From: Alphaproteobacteria bacterium | Lineage (GTDB): Bacteria > Pseudomonadota > Alphaproteobacteria > SHVZ01 | Direction of reading: 5' to 3' | Assembly: GCA_016869285.1 (NCBI GenBank) | Contig: VGEN01000005.1 | Location: forward strand, 182 to 64,181 | Length of the DNA stretch: 64,000 bases | In this document: piece by piece, positions 38,380 through 47,102 of the stretch | Position numbering within the stretch: position 1 is the stretch's first letter | Layout of the letters: the number at the start of each line of letters is the position of its first letter | Translations under genes and position numbers: made by a program | Notes under the pieces: model-generated | The model's input: the letters and a program-made list of their open reading frames with translations, nothing else | Told to the model about the DNA's origin: nothing | Databases searched by the model: none

Positions 38380-38982
38380 ATGACCGCACGCGCGAGCCAG
38401 AAACCCCAGCCCAAGACTGACCGCGGCGAGCGCACGCGGCGGAAGATCCTGGACGCCGCGGCGCTGGCGATCGGCAAGCGCGGTTTCAGTGCGACCTCGA
38501 TCAGCGACATCACCGCCGCGGCAGGTGTCGGCCAGGGCACCTTCTATATCTACTTCCAGAGCAAGGAAGAGGTGCTGCGCGAGATGGTCCTGCAGATGGG
38601 CCGCGACCTCCGCCAGCACCTGACGCAAGCGATCGCCGGCACCAAGAACCGGCTGGAAGCCGAGCGCGAAGGCCTCCGCGCCTTCATCGACTTCGTTCGC
38701 GGAAATCCCGGCCTCTACCGGATCGTCGAGGAATCCCAGTTCGTCGACGAGGCGATCTACCGCCGCCACTATATGGACTTCGCCGCGACCTATCGCGCCG
38801 CGCTGGAGGCGGCCGAGGCGCGCGGCGAGATCCGCAAGGGAAGCGCCGAAGTCCGCGCCTGGGCCCTGATGGGCATGGCGGTCCTCCTCGGCCAGCGCTA
38901 TGGGATTTGGGACGTCGCGACCCCTCTCGACGACGTAGTCGGTCCCGCCGTCGACCTGATCGGACGAGGCATCCGGCCCTGA
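38380..38982 (+). CDS. TetR/AcrR-family regulator
   Basis: GERTRRKILDAA..GFSATSISDITAAAGVGQGTFYIYFQSKEEV. Confidence 0.95.
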   Translation: MTARASQKPQPKTDRGERTRRKILDAAALAIGKRGFSATSISDITAAAGVGQGTFYIYFQSKEEVLREMVLQMGRDLRQHLTQAIAGTKNRLEAEREGLRAFIDFVRGNPGLYRIVEESQFVDEAIYRRHYMDFAATYRAALEAAEARGEIRKGSAEVRAWALMGMAVLLGQRYGIWDVATPLDDVVGPAVDLIGRGIRP

Positions 38983-39003
38983 TCTTGTGTAGCGTTGGCG
39001 GCG

Positions 39004-40479
39004 ATGTTCGACTTCGCCCGCCGACGCGCCGCGCTCTCGCCGGACCGCCTCGCCTTCGTCGAAGCCGCAGGCGGCCGAAGCTTTACCTATCGCGCTTTCG
39101 ACGACCGGGCGGAGCGGGCCGCTCAGCTCCTTCGCGAGCTCGGCATCGGGCCCGGCGACCGCATCGCGCTGCTGATGCTGAACGAGGTTGCCTTCTTCGA
39201 GTTCATTTTCGCGACCGCCCGCGTCGGCGCCATCGCCGTGCCGCTCAACTGGCGGCTCGCCGCAGGCGAGCTTCGCGCGATCCTCGCCGACTGCGCGCCT
39301 CGTCTGCTCGTGCATGACGCAACGCACCGCGATACGGCTGCACAACTTGATCTGCCTTCGCTTTCGCTGGCCGAGTACGAAAGGCGGATCGCGAAGGTCG
39401 AGCCTGACCGTCTCGGCGACAGAGCGTGGTCAGCCGACGGCATCTGGTATCTGCTTTACACCTCCGGCACGACGGGACGGGCGAAGGCTGTAATCCAGAC
39501 CTTCGGCATGGCGCTCGCTAACTACGTCAACCTCTCCCAGGCGATCGGCCTCACCGCGGCCGACCGTACGCTCAACTTCCTGCCGCTCTTCCATACCGCG
39601 GGCATCAACCTCCACACGCTGCCGACGCTGATCGCCGGCGGCATGGTGACGATCCTCCCGAAATTCGACGCCGATCAGGTCCTAGCGGCGATCGAGGGTG
39701 GCGCTGCCACCTGCTTCTTCGGCGTCCCCACCGTCTACCAGGCCTTGGCGCTGCATCCGCGCTTCGCGGCTGCCGACCTCAGCCGCGTGCGCTCCTGGGC
39801 CTGCGGCGGCGCACCGCTCTCGGAGCCTCTGCTCCGTACCTTTCTCGATCGCGGCGTGCGCGTCTGCGCCGGCTACGGCATGACCGAGACCGGCCCGACC
39901 CTCTGCCTGATGGATCCTGCTGCGGTCGAGGCGAGGATCGGATCGTCAGGCAAGGCCCAGATCCTCTCGTGCCTGCGCATCGTCGATGCCGAAGGCAAGG
40001 ATGTCGCGGCCGGTATCTCCGGCGAGGTGCTGGTCAAGGGCAGCAACGTGACGCCCGGCTATTGGAACAACGAGGGCGCGACCCGCGCCGCCTTCACCCC
40101 GGAAGGCTGGCTCAAGACCGGCGATGTCGGCCGCCTCGATGCCGAGGGCTACGTCACCATCGTCGACCGCATCAAGGACATGTTCATCTCGGGCGGCGAG
40201 AACGTCTACCCAGCCGAGGTCGAGCATGCGCTGCTCGCCCATCCTGAGGTGCTGGAGGCCGCGGTGATCGGCGTCGCCGACGAACGCTGGGGCGAGGTCG
40301 GTCGCGCTTTCATCGTGCCACGAGCAAATGCTCGTCCGGAGCCCGAGCGGCTCCGCGCCTTCTGCCGCGAGCGCATCGCCGGATACAAGGTGCCGAAGAT
40401 CATCCTGGTCGTCGCCGACCTGCCGCGCACGGCTGCCGGCAAGGTGCAGAAGCACGTGCTGCGCCAGCAGGCCGTCTAA
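39004..40479 (+). CDS. Acyl-CoA synthetase (AMP-forming)
   Basis: YTSGTTGRAK, GYGMTETGP, GWLKTGDVG, DRIKDMFISGGENVYPAEVE, PRTAAGKVQK. Confidence 0.93.
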   Translation: MFDFARRRAALSPDRLAFVEAAGGRSFTYRAFDDRAERAAQLLRELGIGPGDRIALLMLNEVAFFEFIFATARVGAIAVPLNWRLAAGELRAILADCAPRLLVHDATHRDTAAQLDLPSLSLAEYERRIAKVEPDRLGDRAWSADGIWYLLYTSGTTGRAKAVIQTFGMALANYVNLSQAIGLTAADRTLNFLPLFHTAGINLHTLPTLIAGGMVTILPKFDADQVLAAIEGGAATCFFGVPTVYQALALHPRFAAADLSRVRSWACGGAPLSEPLLRTFLDRGVRVCAGYGMTETGPTLCLMDPAAVEARIGSSGKAQILSCLRIVDAEGKDVAAGISGEVLVKGSNVTPGYWNNEGATRAAFTPEGWLKTGDVGRLDAEGYVTIVDRIKDMFISGGENVYPAEVEHALLAHPEVLEAAVIGVADERWGEVGRAFIVPRANARPEPERLRAFCRERIAGYKVPKIILVVADLPRTAAGKVQKHVLRQQAV

Positions 40480-41687
40480 GCGAGCAGATCCTTCAGCGTC
40501 AGCGAGATCACTTTGGTCGCCGCGTTGAGGTCGTCGAGCTTGATCCGCTCGTCGGCGCGATGCGCATTGGCTTCGAGGATCGAGCGCGGTCCGGCGCCGT
40601 AGAGGATCGTCGGGATTCCCGACTCGGCATAGTGGCGCGCATCGGTGTAGAGCGGCACGCCGGTGATCGGGATCGTCTCGCCGAGAACCTCCGAAGCGCG
40701 CTTCGACAGAGTCTCGGCCATCTTGCGGCTGGCATCGGTCGATGTGAGCGGCCGCGCCAGCAGCACGCGGCGGATCTCGACCGTCGCGCCGGCAACCGCC
40801 ACTGCTTTGGCAATGAGGTCGCGCAGCTCGGCCTCGACCGCAGCGGGGTCCTCCTCGGGGATCATGCGGCGGTCGAGGCGAAGCGCCACCGCGTCGGGAA
40901 CGACATTGGTGTTGATGCCGCCCTTGATCAGCCCGACCGTCATCTGCGCCGCACCAATGCCCGGCGTCTTCGACACACGCGAGGCCAGCCCCTTCCGCCA
41001 GGCATAGAGCGCCGAGAGCACTTGGCTCGCGGCTTCAAGCGCATCGACGCCGGTCGAGGGCGAGGCGGCATGCGCCGAGCGGCCGCGCAGCGTCACTTCC
41101 AGATGCAGGCATCCGTTGTGCGCGGCGACGACGGCATAGGAGAAGCCGGCGCAGATCGCCATGTCGGGCTTCGACAGCCCGGCCTGCAGAAGGTAACCGG
41201 GACCGATCTCGCCACCGACCTCCTCGTCATAGGTGAAGTGAAGCTCGACCGTGCCGCGCGACGGCTTCGCGGCTTCCAACGCCATCAGTGCGAAGGCATA
41301 GGTGGCGAAATCGGATTTGGAGACGGCGGCGCCGCGCCCGTACATCCAGCCATCGACGACCTCCGCGCCGTAAGGATCGCGGCTCCAGCCCTCGCCCGGC
41401 GGCACGACATCGCCATGGGCGTTGAGCGCGATCGTCGGGCCCGGCCCGAACTTTCGGCGGACGATCAGGTTGACGGCGCTCTTCATGCCGTTCGCGGCGA
41501 CCAGATCGGCCGGCACGGGATACGACTCCGGCTCGAGGCCAAGTTTTCCGAGAAGCTGTGCCGCCTTCGCCGCGGCCGGCGCCAGGTCGCCCGGCGGATT
41601 GTCGGAGGGAATGCGCACGAGCTCGGCGAGGAAGCGCTCCGCCCGCTCGCGGTTTTTGTCGATGAAGCCCAGCATCTCCGACGTCAT
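40476..41687 (-). CDS. M20 metallopeptidase / ArgE-DapE-like deacylase
   Basis: NAHGDVVPPG, YGRGAAVSKSD, YDEEVGG, GRSAHAA, GGINTNVVP, AHRADE. Confidence 0.9.
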   Translation of the reverse strand: MTSEMLGFIDKNRERAERFLAELVRIPSDNPPGDLAPAAAKAAQLLGKLGLEPESYPVPADLVAANGMKSAVNLIVRRKFGPGPTIALNAHGDVVPPGEGWSRDPYGAEVVDGWMYGRGAAVSKSDFATYAFALMALEAAKPSRGTVELHFTYDEEVGGEIGPGYLLQAGLSKPDMAICAGFSYAVVAAHNGCLHLEVTLRGRSAHAASPSTGVDALEAASQVLSALYAWRKGLASRVSKTPGIGAAQMTVGLIKGGINTNVVPDAVALRLDRRMIPEEDPAAVEAELRDLIAKAVAVAGATVEIRRVLLARPLTSTDASRKMAETLSKRASEVLGETIPITGVPLYTDARHYAESGIPTILYGAGPRSILEANAHRADERIKLDDLNAATKVISLTLKDLLA

Positions 41688-41829
41688 GCACGCTCCCCCA
41701 TTTGCCGCTGCCATAGCACGATCCGGCCGTCACGAAGCCGTGTTTCCGATCGGGACGATCCCGATTGCCAATCCTCCGACGCGCATCATAGGCTTTCCTC
41801 ATCGATATCTTTTTCGGGGAGTTCGCATC

Positions 41830-43380
41830 GTGTCTAGGTTGACCCTGCTGTCGACCGTAAGCGCTCTTGCGCTTGTGGTCGCCGTATCGCCGGCATTGGC
41901 CCAGAAGAAGGGCGGCAACGCCGTTGTCGGGACCTCGTCGGCGCCGCCGCTGACGGATGCCCAGGCCTCCACGGCCGAGGCTTCGCGCAACATCTCGCTG
42001 CACTGGATCGAGACGCTGTTCGCGCGCGACGAGAACGCCAATGTGATCCCCGATCTCGCCACCAAGGCCGACATCTCGGCCGACGGCAAGACCTACGTCT
42101 TCACGCTGCGCCAGGGCGTCAAGTTCCATAACGGCCAGGAGATGACGGCCGAGGACGTGATCGCCTCGCTCGAGCGCTACGGCAAGGTCGGCGGCTCCGC
42201 CCAGATCATCAAGCCGATCACCAAGATGACGGCGACCTCGAAATACGTCGTGACGGTCGAGCTGTCGCAGCCCGTGCCGGGCTTCCTCGACCAGCTCTCC
42301 AGCCCGCGCGCCCCGGCCGGCATCATGCCGAAGTCGGAAGCCGGCAAGGAGCGCGGCAAGATCGACCATATCGGCACCGGCCCCTACCAGTTCGCAGAGT
42401 TCGTGCCGGACAGCCACGTGCTGGTGAGGCGCTTCGACGGCTATACCCAGAACACCAATTTCCAGAAGCGCGACGGCTTCGGCGGCAAGAAGACCGCCTA
42501 TTTCGACAGCGTGCGCTTCCGCCACATTCCCGAAGGCGGCGCGCGCTCCGCGGCGCTCGAGGCCGGCGAGATCCACGCGGTCGATGCCCTGCCGCCCCCG
42601 GCGGCCAAGCGTCTGAAGGACAACCGCAACATCAAGATCATCGAGGCGATGCCCTGGGCCTTCCAGACCATCATCGTCAACGCCTCCTTCGGGCCTACCA
42701 AGGACCAGAAGGTGCGCCAGGCGATCCAGGCGATCATCGATGCCGAGGAGATCATGGCAATCGCCGGCGAAGGCCTCTATCGCCTGACCCATGGCTGGCA
42801 GCACCCCGGCACCACCTACTTCGCCGGCGACATCGGCAAGTCCGACTACAACGTCAAGGACGTTGCCAAGGCGAAGCGGCTCCTGGCGGAGGCCGGCTAC
42901 AAGGGCGAGGAAATCGTCATCCTCACCGACTCGACCATCGCCAACCACCAGTCGACCGGCGTCGTCGCCGCCGAGCAGCTGAAGAAGGCGGGCCTCAACA
43001 TCAAGCTCAACACCGTCGACTGGCCGACCGCGTTCAACCTGCGCGCCAAGCCGGACGGCTGGAGCCTGTGGACGCTGGGCTTCGGCATCGAGCCCTACGA
43101 GGGCCCTTACAACGTGACCTCGTTCTTTGCCACCGACTATGAAGGCAAGGGCGCTCAGTGGATGGCCGATCCCGAACTGCAGCGCGCCAACACCGCTCTG
43201 AATACTTCGCTCAAGCTCGAAGACCGGCAAAAGGCCTTCGCCGACTTCCAGAAGCGGTTCTTCGAGTTCGTGCCGGCGATCAAGGTCGGCGACCTCGGCC
43301 GCTACCAGGCGGTCCGCGCCAACGTCCAGAACTACGCGCCGGGCCGTATCCCGCGCATGTGGGACGTCTGGTTCGAGTAG
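41830..43380 (+). CDS. Orphan ABC substrate-binding protein, family 5
   Basis: Signal peptide after GTG at 41830 (GGGGAG RBS); FTLRQGVKFHNG, IGTGPYQF, VRQAI. Confidence 0.92.
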   Translation: MSRLTLLSTVSALALVVAVSPALAQKKGGNAVVGTSSAPPLTDAQASTAEASRNISLHWIETLFARDENANVIPDLATKADISADGKTYVFTLRQGVKFHNGQEMTAEDVIASLERYGKVGGSAQIIKPITKMTATSKYVVTVELSQPVPGFLDQLSSPRAPAGIMPKSEAGKERGKIDHIGTGPYQFAEFVPDSHVLVRRFDGYTQNTNFQKRDGFGGKKTAYFDSVRFRHIPEGGARSAALEAGEIHAVDALPPPAAKRLKDNRNIKIIEAMPWAFQTIIVNASFGPTKDQKVRQAIQAIIDAEEIMAIAGEGLYRLTHGWQHPGTTYFAGDIGKSDYNVKDVAKAKRLLAEAGYKGEEIVILTDSTIANHQSTGVVAAEQLKKAGLNIKLNTVDWPTAFNLRAKPDGWSLWTLGFGIEPYEGPYNVTSFFATDYEGKGAQWMADPELQRANTALNTSLKLEDRQKAFADFQKRFFEFVPAIKVGDLGRYQAVRANVQNYAPGRIPRMWDVWFE

Positions 43381-43403
43381 GCCGGACCGCATCGGCTCAA
43401 ACG

Positions 43404-43432
43404 ACGGGGGGCTTCGGCCCCCCGTTCTGTTT
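43404..43432 (+). terminator. Rho-independent terminator
   Basis: ACGGGGGGC-TTCG-GCCCCCCGT followed by TCTGTTT. Confidence 0.75.
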
Positions 43433-43480
43433 CCGGCCTCGGACGATCTAGACTGGTGCCCCACCCGAGGAGGAGGACCT

Positions 43481-44239
43481 ATGTCATTCTATCGAGGCAT
43501 GAGCTGCGAGAACGTGACGCTCAAGGGCCATGGCGGAACCCCGATCACCGCCTATGTCGCCAAGCCGAGCGTTGCCGGCAAGCTGCCGGGTGTCGTGCTG
43601 ATTCACCACCTTCCCGGCTGGAGCGAGTTCTACATCGAGACGACGCGCCGCTTCGCTCATCACGGCTACATCGCGATCTGCGCCAACCTCTATGAACGCG
43701 AGGGCGGCGGCAGCGACGGCAATCCGGACGATGTCGCCGCTAAGGTCCGCGCCCAGGGCGGCATTCCCGATGCGCAGATGGTCGGCGACACGGCGGCCGC
43801 CGTCGCCTGGATGCGCTCCCAGCCCAATCTCAACGGCAAGGTCGGCCTCTTCGGCTCCTGCTCCGGCGGCCGCCACGCCGTCATCTACGCCGCGCAGAAG
43901 AAAGACGTCGATGCCTGCATCGACCTCTGGGGCGGCCGCGTGGTGATGGCCAAGGAGGAGCTGAGCGCCAAGACGCCGATGGCGCCGATCGACATGACCA
44001 AAGACCTCGCCTGCCCGCTGCTCGGCCTCTTCGGCAACGAGGACCGCGCGCCCAGCCCCGAGCAGGTCGACCAGCACGAGGCCGAGCTCAAGAAGCACGG
44101 CAAGACTTACGAGTTTCACCGCTACGACGGCGCCGGCCACGGCTTCTTCTACTGGCACCGGCCGATCTACCGGCCGGAGCAGACCATGGATGGCTGGAGC
44201 AAGGTCTTCGCCTTCTTCGGCAGGCACCTGGCAAAGTAG
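43481..44239 (+). CDS. Dienelactone hydrolase family protein (cytoplasmic)
   Basis: GSCSGG (Cys nucleophile), GNED (Asp), AGHGFF (His). Confidence 0.9.
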   Translation: MSFYRGMSCENVTLKGHGGTPITAYVAKPSVAGKLPGVVLIHHLPGWSEFYIETTRRFAHHGYIAICANLYEREGGGSDGNPDDVAAKVRAQGGIPDAQMVGDTAAAVAWMRSQPNLNGKVGLFGSCSGGRHAVIYAAQKKDVDACIDLWGGRVVMAKEELSAKTPMAPIDMTKDLACPLLGLFGNEDRAPSPEQVDQHEAELKKHGKTYEFHRYDGAGHGFFYWHRPIYRPEQTMDGWSKVFAFFGRHLAK

Positions 44240-44250
44240 GAGGCGCGAGA

Positions 44251-44559
44251 ATGTGCACCTCGATCATCGAGATCGCTCGCGCCGAAGGCATGGCCAAGCG
44301 CGGCGGCGACTGGTTCCCGCTGACCCAGGCGGTGGTCGCCTATGACCATGCGCGCCACGCGCCGCTCGGCGACGTCATCACCCTCGACTTCGTCAACGTA
44401 ACCCTCGATGCCGGCGCGCGGGCCGGCGTCGAGCTGACGCTGGAGTCGGCGAAGGCGCTGCTCGCCGCGCTCGACCGCGTCATCGCCGCGGCCGAGTACG
44501 AGGAAGCGGAGGTGCGGGGCGCGGGCCGATCGGCTGATGCAGTTGTGATCGCCGCATAG
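44251..44559 (+). CDS. Small conserved protein, DUF6295-like
   Basis: MCT..EI..G..K...WF.L..A.V.YDH..HAP....LDF.N....G.R..VEL..ESA..L pattern, recognised from memory. Confidence 0.65.
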   Translation: MCTSIIEIARAEGMAKRGGDWFPLTQAVVAYDHARHAPLGDVITLDFVNVTLDAGARAGVELTLESAKALLAALDRVIAAAEYEEAEVRGAGRSADAVVIAA

Positions 44560-44602
44560 ATCGCGGCTCCGCTTACGATGGGTCAAGACAGGGAGCTGGC
44601 GA

Positions 44603-45361
44603 ATGCGTCGTCTAACCGTGATCCTGGCCGTTATGCTTTCGGCGATACCGGCCCTGGCCGCCGAGATCAAGGTGCTGAGCGCCGGAGCCTTCAAGCCGGT
44701 GGTGGTGGCGCTGGTGCCTGAATTCGAGAAGCAGACCGGGCACAAGGTCGCGGTCGACAACGACACCGCCGGCGGCCTCGCCCGTCGCATCACGGGTGGC
44801 GAGGCCTTCGACCTCGTCGTCATCCCTCCCGGCGGAATCGATCCCCTGGTCAAGGCCGGCAAGGTGGTCGACGGCTCGGCCGTGCGCCTGGCGCGCGTGG
44901 CGATCGGTGTCGCCGTCAAGAAGGGCGCGCCGGCGCCGGACATCAGCTCCGTCGCTGCGTTCCAGGAAGCGCTGCTCAAGGCACGCGCCGTCGCCTATAT
45001 CGATCCTGCCGCCGGCGGCTCGAGCGGCATCTATCTGACGGAGCTGTTCGGGAAGCTGGGCATCGCCGAGCGGATCAAGCCCAAGGCGGTGCTCGTCCCC
45101 GGCGGCCTCGTCGCCGAGCGGCTGGTCAACGACCAGGCCGATATCGCGCTGCATCAGATCAGCGAGATCCTCGCGGTGTCGGGGGCGACGCTGGTCGGCC
45201 CGATCCCGCGCGAGATCCAGAACTACACGGTTTATGCCGGCGCGCTCGGAACCGCCGCGCGCGACGTCGCGGCGACGCGTGCCTTGCTGGCCGCGCTGCG
45301 GGGATCATCCGCCGAGGCGATCCTCAAGGACAAAGGCATGGAGCCCGTCCCCGCCAATTGA
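44603..45361 (+). CDS. ModA-fold (SBP_bac_11-like) orphan periplasmic binding protein
   Basis: Signal peptide; EIKVLSAGA, FEKQTGHKV, DPAAGGSSGIY, ALHQISEI, GPIPREIQNYT. Confidence 0.8.
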   Translation: MRRLTVILAVMLSAIPALAAEIKVLSAGAFKPVVVALVPEFEKQTGHKVAVDNDTAGGLARRITGGEAFDLVVIPPGGIDPLVKAGKVVDGSAVRLARVAIGVAVKKGAPAPDISSVAAFQEALLKARAVAYIDPAAGGSSGIYLTELFGKLGIAERIKPKAVLVPGGLVAERLVNDQADIALHQISEILAVSGATLVGPIPREIQNYTVYAGALGTAARDVAATRALLAALRGSSAEAILKDKGMEPVPAN

Positions 45362-45370
45362 CCCGGCTGC

Positions 45371-47101
45371 CTAGGAACCTCGCGCCTTCCGCGTCGCCTC
45401 GGCGTCGATGCGCGGCGGCTCGCCGGCGATGACGACGCCATAGGCCTCGCGCGCATGCGCGCGCGTGACCTTGCCCAGCCTGACATCCTCCAGCACACGG
45501 TCGGAATCGCGTTCGAACGGCTCCCCCCAGCCGCCGGCGCCGGGCAGCACATGGCGGAAGAGATCGCCCTTCCTCAGCGTCACCGGCTCGGTGATCAGCA
45601 CCGGCAGCGAACGTGCTTCCCTGTCCGGATTGACGATGGAGAGGCACGGTGCCCCCGGCTTGCCGCCGGCGAGCCCGTAGGGCGGGAAACGCCGCTTGTC
45701 GGAGCGCAAGGTCATGGTCCCGGCATCGCCGAGGAAGCGATAGTCGCGGATCATGCTGAGGCCGCCGCGATGCTTGCCGGGGCCACCCGAGTCCGGCACG
45801 AGCCCGTACTGCTCGATGCGGATCGGGTACTCGGCCTCGATCATCTCGACCGGCACGTTCGACTGGTTGGCGCCCATATGGGTCACGCCCTCCTGGCCGT
45901 CGCCGATGGCCGAGCCGCCCCAATTGCCCATGAAGGTCTCGACGAAGACGAAGGGCTTGCCCTGGTGCTCGCCGCCGATCGCCGGGATCGAGGAGCCGCC
46001 ATTGCCGTCGGCCGGCACGCGGTTCGGCACCGCCTGCGCCAGCGCACCGAATACCGTGTCCATGGTGCGAAAGCCGGTGATGCCGCGCGCCCCGCAAGCG
46101 CCGGGAGGCTTGGGATTGACGATCGATCCCAGCGGGGCCTTCACATGAATAGGTCGGGTGAAGCCTTGAGCGTTCGGAATCTCCTCGCCCATGATCGAGC
46201 GGATCGCGGCATAGCAGGCGGCCTTGGTGAAGGGCACCGGCGCGTTGATGCCGGCCGGCACCTGCGGCGAGGTCCCCTCCATATCGACGGTGATCTCGTC
46301 GCCGGCGACGGTCACCGCCGCGCAAAAGCGGATCGGCTCCGGCGTCTCGCCGAAGCCGTCGATCCAGGATTCGAAGCGATAGGTGCCGTCGGGGATCTCG
46401 GCGATGACCGAGCGCGCCAAGCGCTCGGCATGGTCGTGGATCTCGGCGAAGGTCGCGCGCAGCGTTGCCTTGCCGTACTTGGCGAACAGCGCCTGGATCT
46501 CGCGCACGCCGATCGCCGTCGCCGCGATCTGGGCGTTGAGGTCGCCCAGCACCTTCTCCGGCACGCGCACATTGGCGGCGAGAATGTCGAGGATCGCCTT
46601 GCTCTCGACGCCGGCCGAGGCGAGCTTCAGGAACGGCAGGCGCAGGCCCTCCTGGTAGATCTCGGTCGAGCCGATGGAATTGCTGCCCGGCACGATGCCG
46701 CCGACATCGTTGTGGTGCGCCACCGTCGTCGCCCAGGCCTCCAGCGATCCACCGACGAAGACGGGGCGCACGATGTAGAGGTCCGGCAGGTGCTGGCCGG
46801 CGGCGAGGTAGGGATCGTTGAAGAAGAAGACGTCGCCCTCGGCGACATCGCCCTCGAAGCGCCGGATCAGCGCCTGCATCGCGTCGTGGAAGCTGCCGAG
46901 ATGCAGCGGCGTGGTCAGGCCCTGGGCCAGCGTACCGCCCGCCGCGTCGCAGACCGCGGTCGAATAGTCCATCGAGTCGCGCACGATGCCCGAGCAGGCG
47001 GTGCGCAGCACGATCAGCGCGATCTCGTCGGCGATCGCATCGAGCGCGTTGCGGACGATCTCGGTCAGCACCGGATCGGTGTTGGGCTGGGCCGCGTCCA
47101 T
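45371..47101 (-). CDS. Hydantoinase B / oxoprolinase-family subunit
   Basis: RTACSGIVRDSMDYS, HLGS, NDPY..GQHLPD, HHNDVGG.VPGS, EIYQEG, PVEMIEAEYP, DSGGPGKHRGG, GAGGWG. Confidence 0.92.
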   Translation of the reverse strand: MDAAQPNTDPVLTEIVRNALDAIADEIALIVLRTACSGIVRDSMDYSTAVCDAAGGTLAQGLTTPLHLGSFHDAMQALIRRFEGDVAEGDVFFFNDPYLAAGQHLPDLYIVRPVFVGGSLEAWATTVAHHNDVGGIVPGSNSIGSTEIYQEGLRLPFLKLASAGVESKAILDILAANVRVPEKVLGDLNAQIAATAIGVREIQALFAKYGKATLRATFAEIHDHAERLARSVIAEIPDGTYRFESWIDGFGETPEPIRFCAAVTVAGDEITVDMEGTSPQVPAGINAPVPFTKAACYAAIRSIMGEEIPNAQGFTRPIHVKAPLGSIVNPKPPGACGARGITGFRTMDTVFGALAQAVPNRVPADGNGGSSIPAIGGEHQGKPFVFVETFMGNWGGSAIGDGQEGVTHMGANQSNVPVEMIEAEYPIRIEQYGLVPDSGGPGKHRGGLSMIRDYRFLGDAGTMTLRSDKRRFPPYGLAGGKPGAPCLSIVNPDREARSLPVLITEPVTLRKGDLFRHVLPGAGGWGEPFERDSDRVLEDVRLGKVTRAHAREAYGVVIAGEPPRIDAEATRKARGS

Positions 47102-47102
47102 C

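Noticed and set aside
43481-44239. Dienelactone hydrolase as a replacement for the missing pcaD
   Set aside because: It lies about 25 kb away, belongs to the Cys-nucleophile DLH family rather than PcaD, and pcaD may be elsewhere in the genome.
44603-45361. modA
   Set aside because: No modB/modC nearby and the canonical anion-binding motifs differ.
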